Positions 43,201-56,045 of a DNA stretch of 64,000 nucleotides are shown piece by piece. The DNA comes from the human T2T-CHM13v2.0 reference genome, Homo sapiens: NCBI RefSeq assembly GCF_009914755.1, contig NC_060927.1; one strand, given 5' to 3'. The notes under the pieces were generated by a model. That model saw only the letters and a list, made by a program, of their open reading frames with translations, did not search any database and was not told the origin of the DNA. Each line of letters opens with the position of its first letter. Position 1 is the first letter of the stretch. A program made the position numbers and the translations under genes.

Positions 43201-44226
43201 TCTCAACGTAGCTTCCATTAATATTGAGACACTTTTGTAAGTGATATACCAGCCAATTGGTCTATCCCTAAAGAACTGAGGGTCCTGGGAACTTAACTAT
43301 GTAAATGCAGTCTTTCTTACCATATTAATTGAAGAAAGATGGATACCTGTTTAAAATTTTTTTAAGTCTGGGAAACAAAAATAAGTCAGAAGGAGCCAAA
43401 TCAAGACAGTAAGGTGAATACCTAATGATTTCCCATCAAAACTCTCACAAAATTGATCCCTTTTGATAAGAGGAATCAACAGGAGCATTGTTTTAGTGAA
43501 GAATTACCCTCTGGTGAAGTTTTCCTGGGTGTTTTTGGGGGGGGTGTGTGTGTGTGTGTGTGGTGTGTTTTGTTTTGTTTCCCTTTGTTTTGGCCCTCGA
43601 GAAAGTTAACAAGCAAATTCCTTGAGCATCCCCCAGAACTGCTGTCATGACCTTTGTTCTTGACTGGTACAGTTTTGCTTTGACTGGTCACGTTCATTCC
43701 TTGATAGCCATTGCTTTGATTGTGCTTTGTTTTCAGGATCATACTGGTAAAGCCATGTTTCTTCTCCCGTTAGAATTCTTCAAGGAAATGCTTTAGAAGT
43801 TTGATCCTACTTGTTTAAAATTTCCATTGAAAGCTCTGCTCTTTCCTGCAGGTCTTCTGGAGGCAAAGGTTTTGGTACTCATTGAGGGTAAAATTTGCTC
43901 AACTTCCATTTTTTAGTCAGAATTTTGTAAGCTGAACCAATTGAGATATCTATAGTGTTGGCTATTGTTTCCATGGTTAATCATTTGTCCTCTTCAATTA
44001 GGAAATGAACAAGATTTTTTTTTCACATATTAATGTGCATGGGCTGCCACTGCAAGCTTCATTGTTAACATCATCTCATCCCCTCTTTAAATGAGTTATC
44101 CATTTGTAAACTGCTGATCTGTTGGTGGGGCATTGTCCCTAAAACTTCTTACAAAGTATCAATAATTTAAGTATTATTCCAGTCAAGCTTCATCATAAAT
44201 GTGATATTTGTTCTTGCTTTAATTTT

Positions 44227-45420
44227 TTTTAGCTTTTATTTTAGGTTCAGGGGTACATGTGCAGGTTTGTTATATTCGTAAATTGTGGGTTTGGTGTACA
44301 GATTATTTTGTCACCCAGGTAATAAGCATAGCACCCAACAGGAAATTTTTTGACCTTTATCCTCCTCCCACCCTCTGCCCTCAAGTAGGCCCTGGTGTCT
44401 GTTGTTCCCTTCTTTGTGTTCACATGTACTCAAAGCTTAGCTTCCATTTATAAGTGAGAACGTGCAGTATTTGGTTTTCTGTGTCTGCATTAATTTGCTT
44501 AGGATAATGGCCTCCGGTTCCATTCATGTTGCTGCAAGGGACATGATCTTATTCTTTTTTATGGTTGCATAACATTCCATGGTGTATATGTACCACATTT
44601 TCTTCATCCAGTCTCCCACTGATGGGCATTTAGGTTGATTCCATGTCTTTGCTATTGCAAAAAGTGCGGCAATGAACATACACATGTGTATGTCATTATG
44701 ATACAATAATTTAGATTCCTTTGAACATATACCTAATAATGGGATTGCTGGGTTGAATAGCAATTCTGTTTTAAGTTTTTTGAGAAATCACCAAACTGCT
44801 TTCTACAACTACTGAACAATTTACATTCCCACGCATAGTGTGTAAGTGTCCCCTTTCTACAATGCGGCCAACAAGAATATGAAAAAATGCTCAGCATCAC
44901 TAGTCATTAGAGAAAAGCAAATCAAAACTACAACTATATGTGATACTATCTCACACTAGTTAGAATGGCTACCATTATTATTTTTTGAGACAGAGTCTCA
45001 CTCTGTTGCCCAGGCTGGAGTGCAATGGTGTGATCGTGGCTCACTGCAGCCTTGATTTCCTGGGTTCAAGGGATCCTCCCACCTCAGCCTTCCTTGTAAC
45101 TGGAACCATAGATGTGCTCCACCATATCTGGCTATTTTTTTCTTATCTTTTTCTAGACACGGGGTTTTGCCATCTCTTCAAGCAGGGGTTTTACCCAGGC
45201 TTGTCTCAAACTCCTGGGTTCAAGCAATCCTGCCTCAGCCTCCCAAAGTGCTGGGATTACAGGCATGAGCCACCACACCCAGCCAGAATGGCTATTATTA
45301 AAAAGTCAAAAAATAACAGATACCAGTGATGTTGCAGAGAAAAGGGAACACTTAACACACTGCTGGTGGGAAAGTATATTAGTTCAGCCATTGTGGAAAG
45401 CAGTTTGGCAATGTATCAAA
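44227..45420 (-). mobile_element. 5'-inverted L1PA13-16-like element inserted in Hsmar2
   Basis: Minus 3' end 44227-~44865, plus-strand ORF2 piece ~44866-45420; TSD TAATTTT at 44220-44226 and 45421-45427. Confidence 0.88.
44977..45284 (-). mobile_element. AluJ nested in the inverted L1 piece
   Basis: Reverse dimer; TSD AGAATGGCTA..TTATT at 44962 and 45285. Confidence 0.9.
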
Positions 45421-47364
45421 TAATTTTAGCAGAAATCATGTTTCTCTGATAGGGGCTTTGTTCAAACTTATGTCTTATATCCTTCTTAGTGCCTCAAACT
45501 AGATCCTGTTCAGACATGCAATAACAAGCTAGTATGTTTGTTTTGCTGCCAACAAAAGAATTGAAATCCATGCATAATTTTTTCATCATACACATTGTCT
45601 ATGAACTTTTTGAAAATATTTCATATGTCTTTAATTCTCATCTTAATGTTTACTTTTTCCAATACTTATATAGTTATGTTTACTCTTTGGTTTAGTCAAC
45701 CTTATTACTTTCTTTGGTTTGCTCAGCCCTATAGCTTTATCTACAGTCTATACTTAAAGTGTACTTCTTTTAAGTAGTATATTATTGCTTTTACTTTTTG
45801 ATTCAATTAGATAATCTTTGACATTTAGTATTTTATTTACTTTTAATGTAATTACTGATACATGTGGTTTATGTATACCTCTTACTATTTCTTTTATTTG
45901 ACCTATCATATTTAATGTTTCCTTTTTTCCCTTATCTTTTAGATTAACCACTTATTATAACAATTTTTATTATCATCATATATTTGAATGTTATTTTCTA
46001 TCTATTAAAGTTGATAATTATGCATTCTGTTCTTAGATACCATAAATATTACAATATATTTCACTGATTTATTCCAATCTAATACATATCATTGCTTCCC
46101 CAATAGTAATAGTATTTGTTTTTAAAAATTATATAATTGGGTATCTTTGGAGAATTTTGATAACTTTTGAGTATCCAGTCTGCTGAATATATATTTTGGT
46201 TTGTTTAGTTTTATGTTTTTAATGGTGTAACAATGTCAATAAATTATAGAGCAGATTAAATAGTAGATTTTTCTTTTCAGTAAGAAAATACCTACCTATT
46301 AAATTCTGGAAGTAAAGAATGCTGTTTGTTTGTGGTTAGTGAAAATAGTGAATGTTGAAGACCATATTTTGCATAACAGATTAACAAGTTTTTAAAAAAT
46401 TGAAACAGATTATATATGGAAGATGTTGATGGAAAAGATAAAGAACAGCTTCTATTCTGTAAACAATAAGGCTGTGGAATGTGTGTGCAGCTCACCAGTA
46501 CTTACTAGTTTTAATTATCAGTTTTCAAGTCAGTACAGTGCTAGGGTTAAAACAATGGCTTTTAAGAAGATGTGAGTAGACGTTAGATGTGAAGTTCATA
46601 CTATTACCTATAATTTACTGAGAGGAAAAAAAAGAGAAACCGCAGCTCCCTAAAAAGAATTAAAAACTTTTGCCTCAATCAGTTTTCATTCTAAATCACT
46701 TTCAATTCTTCCAAATCTGACCTCTTTTTCAATGATTGATTGAGATCAGGATAAAAATCTACTATGATGTAACCTATGAGAACTTCTTAACACAGGTGTC
46801 AGTATTTTGTAAGACAGTACAATTTGTTTGAAAGCTAAAAAAAAAAAAAAAATCTCAAGTTTTCTGCTTTTATTTACTAGATGAATTTATCTGTGACATG
46901 TCCAATGTTCAATTTAGCTTTGGACTAGGTTTTACCTATCAAACCCTAAGCCACAGTGTTATATTTAAGGGTTGAGTATACTGTATTTGAGGTTGTAGTG
47001 AATTATCCAATTAGACGTTATTCCACTGATTCTTCTTATTGACTACAGCCACATGGATATTTGATTTCCATATTTGCTTCACAAATCAACTGCAAAGTTA
47101 TGAAACAATATGTTTAATGACTATTCCACTCTAAGAACACTAACATAAAAATATTTTCTTTGCTCTGTACCCCAACCCCAATTTCTAAAGCCTTAAACTT
47201 TGAAACATACTTATTCTTCTGTATCAACCCTGTACTGATTCAGCCCTCAAGCACTTTGGAATGTTTATTCTCCATTTTGTCACATTACCTCTGCCTTATT
47301 TTTGCAATATCCTTTTGGCCAGTCTTCCACTGTTTTCTTCATATTCCAATCCTAATATAAATCA

Positions 47365-47745
<381 letters not shown>

Positions 47746-47814
47746 AAAATCTTTTCTTCCTTCCTTTCTTTGCTTCTTCCTTCCTTCATTTCTTTTCTCA
47801 TTCTGTCCAAAAGT

Positions 47815-49945
47815 CAGACAGAAAAAGGTGGGAGTAAAGGTGGGAGTTCATATAATAGATGGGTATAGCATTGGTGTCTTTGCAAGGTATGGAGTTGATA
47901 AGGGGGACATCTACACTAGGGGAAGTAAGACCTGAGTGTGTGAAGATGGGAGATAGATGAAATTGTACATTTGTTTTCAGAAATGAGAGTTATAAACATG
48001 ATAAAGGGAATGATTTCAATAATCTCCGTGGGGTTGGCTTAGAACTTAAGCTTTTCGGTGTGAACTCATGGCGATATTGGGTGTGTGTGTAAATATATAT
48101 ATACAAAACTTTATATATATTATATAAAAATTATCTATTATATATAAAACTTTATAGATATTATATATATAAATTATATATAATATATAATGTGTTTATA
48201 TAAATTATATATAATATATAATGTGTTTATATAAATTATATATGTAAGATATATATTAACTATATATGTTATATAAATGATATTATATATGTTATATATT
48301 TATATATAAATGATATATAAATATATATGTTATATATAAATGATATATAAATATATATGTTATATATAAATGATATATAATATATATGTTATATATGTAT
48401 ATATAAATGATATATATGTTATATATTTATATATAAAGGATATATATGTTATATATGTATACATAAATGATAGATAAATATATGTTATATATGTATATAT
48501 AAATGATATATAAATATATATGTTATACATGTATATATAAATGATATATAAATATATATGTTATACATGTATATATAAATGATATATAAATATATATGTT
48601 ATACATGTATATATAAATGATATATAAATATATATGTTATACATGTATATACAAATGATATATAAATATATATGTTATACATGTATATATAAATGATATA
48701 TATGTTATATATGTATATATAAATGATATATATGTTATACATGTATATATAAATGATATATATGTTATATATGTATATATAAATGATATATATGTTATAT
48801 GTGTATATATAAATGACATATATATGTTATATATGTATATATAAATGACATATATGTTATATATGTATATATAAATGACATATATGTTATATATGTATAT
48901 ATAAATGACATATATATGTTATATATGTATATATAAATGACATATATGTTATATATGTATATATAAATGACATATATATGTTATATATTATATATAAATG
49001 ACATATATATGTTATATATTATATATAAATGACATATATGTTATATATGTATATATAAATGACATATATATGCTATATATGTATATATAAATGACATATA
49101 TGTTATATATGTATATATAAATGATATATATGTTATATATATATAAATGATATATGTTATATATGTATATATAAATGACATATATATGTTATATATGTAT
49201 ATATAAATGACATATATATGTTATATATGTATATATAAATGATATATATGTCATATATGTATATATAAATGATATGTAAATATATATGTCATATATGTAT
49301 ATATAAATGACATATGTATGTTATATATGTATATATAAATGATATATGTTATATATGTATATATAAATGATATATATGACATATATGTATATATAAATGA
49401 TATGTAAATATATATGTCATATATGTATATATAAATGATATGTAAATATATATGTCATATATGTATATATAAATGATATGTAAATATATATGTCATATAT
49501 GTATATATCAATATGTAAATATATATGTCATATATGTATATATCAATGATATGTAAATATATGTCATATATTTACATATCAATGATATGTAAATATATAT
49601 GTTATATATAAATATATATGTTATATATTTATATATAAATGATATATAAATATATATGTTATATATACATGATATATAAATATATATGTTATATATAAAT
49701 GATATATAAATATATATGTTATATATAACATTATATATAATATATAATGTTAGCTCTGTCCCCTGAGAGGCCCTCAAAGTAGAGACCTCTTATAGCAATA
49801 AGATCATCTATCAGCACCTAGATATTAGTTTCTAAATATTATTCTCCACTAATTAAAACTAGGGTTCTTTGAGGAGGTGGTTGATTCTAGGGGTGGGGCA
49901 TAAAGTACAAAATGAACCTGTAAGTAAGAAAATGCTCAGAGAATG
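47815..49945 (+). mobile_element. L1MC/L1MD-type 3'UTR fragment flanking the minisatellite
   Basis: TAGCTCTGTCCCCTGAGAGG..TTTCTAAATATTATTCTCCA..TGATTCTAGGG (49751-49945) and GGTGTGAACTCATGG (~48060) resemble L1MC3/4 3' ends. Confidence 0.6.
48090..49750. repeat. ~1.65-kb AT-rich minisatellite (VNTR-like), ~28-38-bp units
   Basis: Units such as ATGATATATAAATATATATGTTATACATGTATATATAA (38 bp) and ATGA(T/C)ATATATGTTATATATGTATATATAA (30 bp). Confidence 0.95.
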
Positions 49946-49954
49946 TCTGCAACA

Positions 49955-50660
49955 TGCTATTCTGGTTATCTATTGCTGCATGGAAACATAATGGTTTGAA
50001 ACAATTTATTATTATCCCTCATGGTGCTATAAGCTTATTGCGCTCAGCTGGGTGGTTGTTGCTTAGTATTCTTCAAGTGATTGCATACAAATGGCAGCCA
50101 TTGCTGAAATCACCTGAAGGCCTTATAAAACAAGATGCCCAAGCTAGCTCAATTACATAACTGGTAATTCATGCTGGCTGTTGTGTAAGAGTTCAGCTAG
50201 GGCTCTTTGCCTACATATGTCTTTTCCATGTAGCTTTAGATTCTTACCAAATGTTTCCTAGATTTTATGGGGAAGCATTATCAGAGCAAGTATTATGAGA
50301 GATTAAGGTAGATGCTACAAGACTTTTTAGCTTGAAAGTAACATGATGTCACTTCTGTTGCATTCTATTAGTTACCAAAAGCAAACCCAAATTCAATAAA
50401 AAAGGGAACTATACAAGTGTGTACTTGAATACATACTAGGAGGCCTGGTCCATAGGCAGGCCATCTTTGAATTCTAGATACCACAATCTTCCCTCTAGCT
50501 TTAATGAGTTACAACTCGCCCACAGTTAAAATACACTAAGGTAATCCAGCGAAACCTCCCCAAATCTAACTTGGGATGATATCAGGCATAAGCTTGATAT
50601 TCAGGTGCAGATAAAGGTCCCAGGCTATGGTTTCTCAGGTGTGTTTCCTAAAGTGTGTAA
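49955..50660 (-). mobile_element. MLT1 (F/G/H-like) LTR (~49955-50485) with probable adjacent internal fragment
   Basis: GTTATCTATTGCTGCA, GCTCAGCTGGG, TCACTTCTGTTGCATTCTATT, GGCCATCTTTG..TACCACA. Confidence 0.7.
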
Positions 50661-50828
50661 CAAACACTAGTTTAGTAAAGTATATAATGAATTTAATTGA
50701 TTGACCTTATATTACAACACCAGAATCACATGTTGGAAATTAAAGGATAAAATACTACCTGATACCAGAATTTAAGTAGGGTATTTAACAAAATGAAATA
50801 ATTACATAGAAAAAGAAAAACTGGAAGC

Positions 50829-51102
50829 AGCCGGGCACGGTGGCTCACGCCTGTAATCCCAGAACTTTGGGAGGCCAAGGTGGGTGGGTCACGAGGTCAG
50901 GAGTTTGAGACCAGCCTGGCCAACATAGTGAAACCTCATCTCTACTAAAGTACAAAAATTAGCCGGGTGTGGTGGCATGCATCTGTAGTCCCAGCTACTC
51001 GGCAGGCTGAGGCAGGAGAATCACTTGAACCCAGGGGGCAGAGGTTGCAGTGAGCCAAGACCATGCCATTGTACTACAGCCTGGGTAGCACACACACACA
51101 AA
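50829..51102 (+). mobile_element. AluSg-like, 3' end replaced by (CA)n
   Basis: Dimer ending CCTGGGTAG(CA)6 then A7; TSD AAAAACTGGAAG(C/T). Confidence 0.9.
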
Positions 51103-51142
51103 AAAAACTGGAAGTATGTTATGGAAGAATTTGGAAGATAAA

Positions 51143-51334
51143 TCAGTGGTTCACCACTACTCCTGTAAAAGGCCATATATTAAATATTTTAGGCATTTTG
51201 AGGCACATACGATATTCTTTTTCTGTTCTTTTCATAACCTCCTAAAAAATGTAAATTCGTTCTTAGCTGGTGGGTTACATAACAATAGGCCATGAACCAG
51301 ATTTGACCTTTGGGCCATAGTTTGTCCACCTCTG
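51143..51334 (+). mobile_element. MER58A-like hAT DNA transposon
   Basis: CAG..CTG ends, CTGTAAAAGGCC..TAAATATTTTAGGC and CCAGATTTGACC..GGGCCATAGTTTG..CCTCTG. Confidence 0.75.
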
Positions 51335-52149
51335 TGCTACATCAATAATTAGTAAATACTAGAATTATGGATGAAATATATCAACTTTGGTCCTTCATAT
51401 AATTTGATTAAAATAGCAAAAATAAAATTTATGAGCAAATTTATTTTAATATTTCCTAGTTATATGTGAGATCTATATCTCAAATATATAGATTTTGAAA
51501 ATATATCTGGTTATTATAAAATCCTTAAGTCAAATTATAGTTTATTGCAATAATAAAATTAGCATACCACTGTTCCTCAGAAAAGTGCCACTTAAGTTTT
51601 TTTAGAGAATAGAAAAGGCGATTGTGAGGGTAATACATTCTAATATCAAGCCCAACCATAACATTTCCTGTCATGCAATTCTCCAGTGTATATAATTTGC
51701 TTTCATACTACTCCCTGCTTAGTTACTAAATATTTCACTTGAACTGCCGGGGGTTGTTCATCTACCAGGCAGTCTGCTGAGGAAGCAGATGCAAATCGTG
51801 CTTGGTCATCACACTCTCGCACTTTCTAATGGACAAACTATAAAAGTTATTCATGTGGAGACTGTGTTTTCCTATTTGTTATTGAACCTGGAGTTAGCTG
51901 GCAATAGACTGATACTCCTTGAGTTTTAAGAACTGAACTGATGGAAAGAAAAGTTTTATTCAAGTTGTCTGTAGAGATGAAAATCAATTCTAAATGGCAA
52001 TTACTCACAGGAGGTTTTTTAGAAAGTGCTACTTCATGTCAGAGTAAAATTATTTTCTCTAGAGGAAAGGGACAGACGACCAATAGTGAGCACAAAAGAT
52101 CTTACTTGTTATAATCAAATCAAAGATTGATGTGTCTCTTCTGAGGGGA

Positions 52150-52410
52150 AGTTGCATTGTGGTTTAAGAACACAGACATTGGAAGCTTGAATAGCTAGTT
52201 CAAAACCTCTCTCTACAGCTTTACTACATGGGATAAATTGGACAAATTGTGTAATTTCTTGTGTCTTACATTTCCTCTCTGTGAAACAGTAAAAACAATA
52301 GTATCTTCATGTAGGGTTCTTTAGAGGATAACATTTGTAATATAAGAAAACACCTTAGAATAATGCCTGGAAAAAAACAACTACTCAATAAATATTAGTC
52401 ATTGCTATTT
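52150..52410 (+). mobile_element. MIR
   Basis: GTGGTTTAAGAACACAGAC..TTTCCTCTCTGTGAAAC..TGCCTGG..ACTCAATAAATATTAG. Confidence 0.75.
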
Positions 52411-52499
52411 TTATTAGTTTGCAGTTTCTTAAAACAGAAAACATTGTTTGCATTCATACATTCACATGAGTGGTGTCTTTTTGAAATGTAAGAATAATA

Positions 52500-53171
52500 G
52501 CAATAACAAAAGTAGCAAGAAAATAAATAACTTAGTTAAAAATGGCAAATAAACTGAATAGGTATTTCTCAAAAGAAGACATACAAATTATCAATAGGTA
52601 CATGAAAACATGTTCAACATCATTAATTATCGAGGAAATGCAAAATAAAACCACAATGAGATATCACCTAACACCTATTAGAATGGCTATCTTCAAAAAC
52701 ACAAAAGATAATGTTGGCAAGGATGTGGAAAATAGGGAAGCTTTGCATACTGTGGCAGTAATGTAAATTAGTACAGATGTTATGTAAAACACCATGCAAG
52801 TTTCTTAAGAAATTAAAAATAAAACTACCATATGACCCAGCAATCCCACTTCTGGATATATATGCAAAGGAAATGAAATCAGTATGTTGAATGGATATCT
52901 GCATGCCCATATTCATTGTAGCATTATTCATAGTAGCTAAGAGAAAATCAACCTGAATCCATCAACGGATGAATGAAGAAAGAAAATATATTACAGGTTT
53001 GTCTGAAGGTACTGATTCATCTCAACTGATTCATAGTCAGTTGCCGATCAAAGTCCTTGTTCTACTCTTTCTCAGTACTGCACTTGACTAGTGTCAATAA
53101 ATAACAAAAAGAAAAGAAACTGTGATATATATATACACAACGGAATACTATTCAGCCTTTAAAAAGAAGGA
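52500..53171 (+). mobile_element. L1MA-type ORF2 C-terminal fragment
   Basis: ORF 52542-52766 [30 protein letters not shown]. Confidence 0.85.
52996..53095 (+). pseudogene. Y RNA (hY1/RNY1) processed pseudogene
   Basis: GGTTTGTCTGAAGGTACTGATTCATCTCAACTGATT..AGTCAGTT..CCTTGTTCTACTCTTT..TACTGCACTTGACTAGT follows hY1 end to end; A-rich tail and degenerate TSD. Confidence 0.88.
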
Positions 53172-56045
53172 GTAGTGGGTGGCCAAGATGGCTGACTAGA
53201 AGCAGCTAATGTGCACCATTCTCATGGAGAGGAACAGAAAGGCCAAGTAAATATAGCATGTTCAACTGAAACACCCAGGTACATGCATTGGGACTAATAC
53301 TCGACTCATGGAGAATGGAGAAAAGCATTCAGGAGAGACATGGAGCCATGGGAACCTCCCTGGTCCAGGAAAACAGTGAACGTGTGACCCTAGGAACCCA
53401 TGCTTCTCCCATAGATCTTTGCAACCCTCAGGTCAGGAGATCTCCTCCTTAACTCATTCCACCAGGGCATTCAGACTGACACATAGAGCTATGTGGATCT
53501 CAGCAGAGCAGTCATTCAGGCACATGTGAAGGCCTGGGAGCCTTAGATATTCCGGCTTTCACAGCTTCCTGGCAAAAGCAGCTGTAACTCTGGCAAAGTG
53601 GGAGGTTACACCCCCATACACACCCCAGGAAAGGGGCTGAGTCCAGAGGGCTGAGCAGAGGCAAACTGCAGGCCCTGCTTTCACCACACCTCACAGGATA
53701 AGACCCACTGGCTTAAAATTCTAGTCAGCTACCTGTAGCAGCCTTACCTCTCCCTCAGGAGAAGCTCCCAGGGGGAGGGGCAGGCCACAATCTTTGCTGT
53801 TTGGCCTACTTAGCTGATTTGTCCTTCAGGTTCTGGAGAATCCAAGGCAATCAGTGGCTGAAGTGGACCCCCAGCACAGCACAGCTGCTCTACAACAACG
53901 TGGCCAGAATGCTTTATAAAGTGGGTTCCTGATACCATTTCTCCACATTGGGTGGCCCAGCCAGGGTCTCCAGCTTCCCTGACTGGTGTTTTCTAGACAA
54001 AAGAGATTTCCAACCTCACTGGGATGGTGCTCCCAAGGAGGGGGCAAACTGACATCTTTGCTGTTTGGGCAACTTAGCCATTCTGCTTTGGAGAGCCCAA
54101 GGCCACTAGAGGCTAGAGCAGACCCTCAGCACAGCACAGCTGCTCTATAAAAATGTGGCCAGACTGCTTTTTAAGTGGGTCCCCAATCCCATTCCTCCTC
54201 ACTTGGCAGGACCTCTCAACCAGGGTCTCCAGTCACCTCCTACAGGTGATTTCAGGCTGGTAACAGGTCCATACCTCCCTGGGATGAAGCTCCCAGAGGG
54301 AGATGCAGGCCATCATCTTTGCTGTTTTATAGTCTTCTGTTGATACCTCCAGGTACCAGAAAATCGAAAGTGACTAGGTATGAAACAGACCCCAGCATGC
54401 TGCAGCAGCCCTAAAGAGAAGTGGCCAGACTGTTATGTGGGTGCCCATTCCAATATCTCCTCACCAGGCAGGGCTTTCAGGTCTGGGCCAATCAGCCAGG
54501 CCCTGCTGAGGCTATTGAGCTAGTAACAGCTCTGCAATTCCCTGGACAGAGCCCCCATGGGCAACTGAAAATCTCTCTGCCGCTGCCTCTGCAGTGGAAT
54601 TGCCCTTGATACCCTCAGACTAATGAAGGAGCAAAAACCCTAAATGCCTTATCCACATCTCCAACAAGCTGCAGTTGACCCAAGGAGAGGAGGCCAGTAC
54701 ATCTTCCACAGGTCCCAGTCTCTCCTCTGCTCATCACCATACAAGAAACCCCTGGCTTGGGCCCACAGCACAGACCCTCCATCCTGGGCTGATTGCACTA
54801 AGTGATTGCTGACCTGCGTGCAATCTGGGGTGGAGCCCCCAGGAGACAAGCAAAAGACCCTTGGCCACAACCACTACAAAGGTCCCTTCCTCTGCTGCCT
54901 CCAAGTTGGGGAAGGAATGTAAACCCTGGGATTGCCCCAGAGCTGCAGTGGAAAGTCCAGTAGTCTGTCTTGGTCTACAGTCAGCACTCAAGAGGGAGAG
55001 GAGCCCACACCTTCAAAGCATTGAGAAGGAACATGGCTGCAAGTGTGAGGAAACTTAGGGGAGCCACACAACTGAGCAAGAGTTTAACAACTGACCAATA
55101 CACTTAAGCATCCACCCTAAAGCTTCACCACCAAAAATACCTCACTAACATACCCCATCGTGAAACCAAAGACAAGAATTCAGCTTCGAATAATGACCCT
55201 GCCTTGGGGTCATTGACAAAGCATTGTTCCTGTGAAAATACCCAGAAAAGAAGTCTATTGACCATACTCAATGTACACTGCAGTTAAAAGAACACCCACA
55301 TGCAGAGATGAGAAATAACCAATGCAAGAACTTTGGTAACTCAAATGGCCAGAGTATTTTATGTCCTCCAAATGATCGCACTAGTTTTTCCAGTAAAAGA
55401 TCTTAACCAGGCTGCACTGGCTAAAATGACAGAAACAGAATTCAGAATATGGATAGTAATGAAGATCGTCAAGATTCGGCATGGAAAAACCTAATCCAAG
55501 GCAACTAAGAATGATAATAAAATGATAAAGGAGCTGAAGAATGAAATAGCTGGTATAAAAAGGAAGCTAACAGATCTGACAGAGCTGAAAAACACAATAC
55601 AAGAATTTCACATGTAATCACAAGATTAACAGCAAAATAGACCAAGCTGAGAAATAAATTCACTGGTTCTCTGAAATAATACAGTCAGACAAAAATAAAG
55701 AAAAAGGAATGAAGATGAATGAACAAAACCTCTATGAGGTATGGGATTATGTAAAAAGGCCAAACCTATGAATCACTGGCATCCATAAAAGGGAGGAGGA
55801 GAAAGTAAACAACTTGGAAAGCATATTTCAGGATATCCATTAAAACTTCCCCAACCCTGCTAGAGAGGTCAACAGTCAAATTCAGGAAATACAGAGAACC
55901 CTAGCAAGATTCTACAGGAGACCATTGCCAACACACATCATCATCAGATTTTCTAAGGTCAAAATGAAAGAAAGAATTTTAAAGTTAGCTACAGAGAAAG
56001 GGCAGGTCACCTACAAAACAAACTCCATCAAGCTAACAGCGGATT
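53172..56045 (+). mobile_element. Old L1PA (PA15/16-like) 5'UTR plus partial ORF1, truncated at its 3' side
   Basis: GGCCAAGATGGCTGACTAGAAGCAGC start, repeated 5'UTR units, ORF1 remnant from ~55308 to HIIIRFSKVKMKERILK..KLTAD. Confidence 0.88.

Larger units (their letters stand above)
43136..45623 (-). mobile_element. Full-length Hsmar2 mariner DNA transposon (dead), split by an L1
   Basis: TIRs CAAGGGGACTTCAAAAAGTTCATAGAAAAT (43136) and ATTGTCTATGAACTTTTTGAAAATATTTCA followed by TA (45623); decayed transposase motifs YCLDLAPSD (YSPDLAPSD) ~43385-43411 and *VPKPL (WVPKPL) 43864-43881; ATG near 45439. Confidence 0.9.
38100..46100 (-). mobile_element. Very old L1ME-type fragments (probably two or more elements) hosting Alus and the Hsmar2
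   Basis: T-rich decayed L1 antisense sequence; ORF1-like peptide 40918-41157 (GAEEIFE); ORF2-like motifs 41500-43130 resuming after 45625; boundaries approximate. Confidence 0.6.

Noticed and set aside
48090-49750. CRISPR-like array or repeat protein (ORFs 48637-48819, 49508-49777)
   Set aside because: No unique spacers or cas genes; eukaryotic AT minisatellite, ORFs are translation artefacts.
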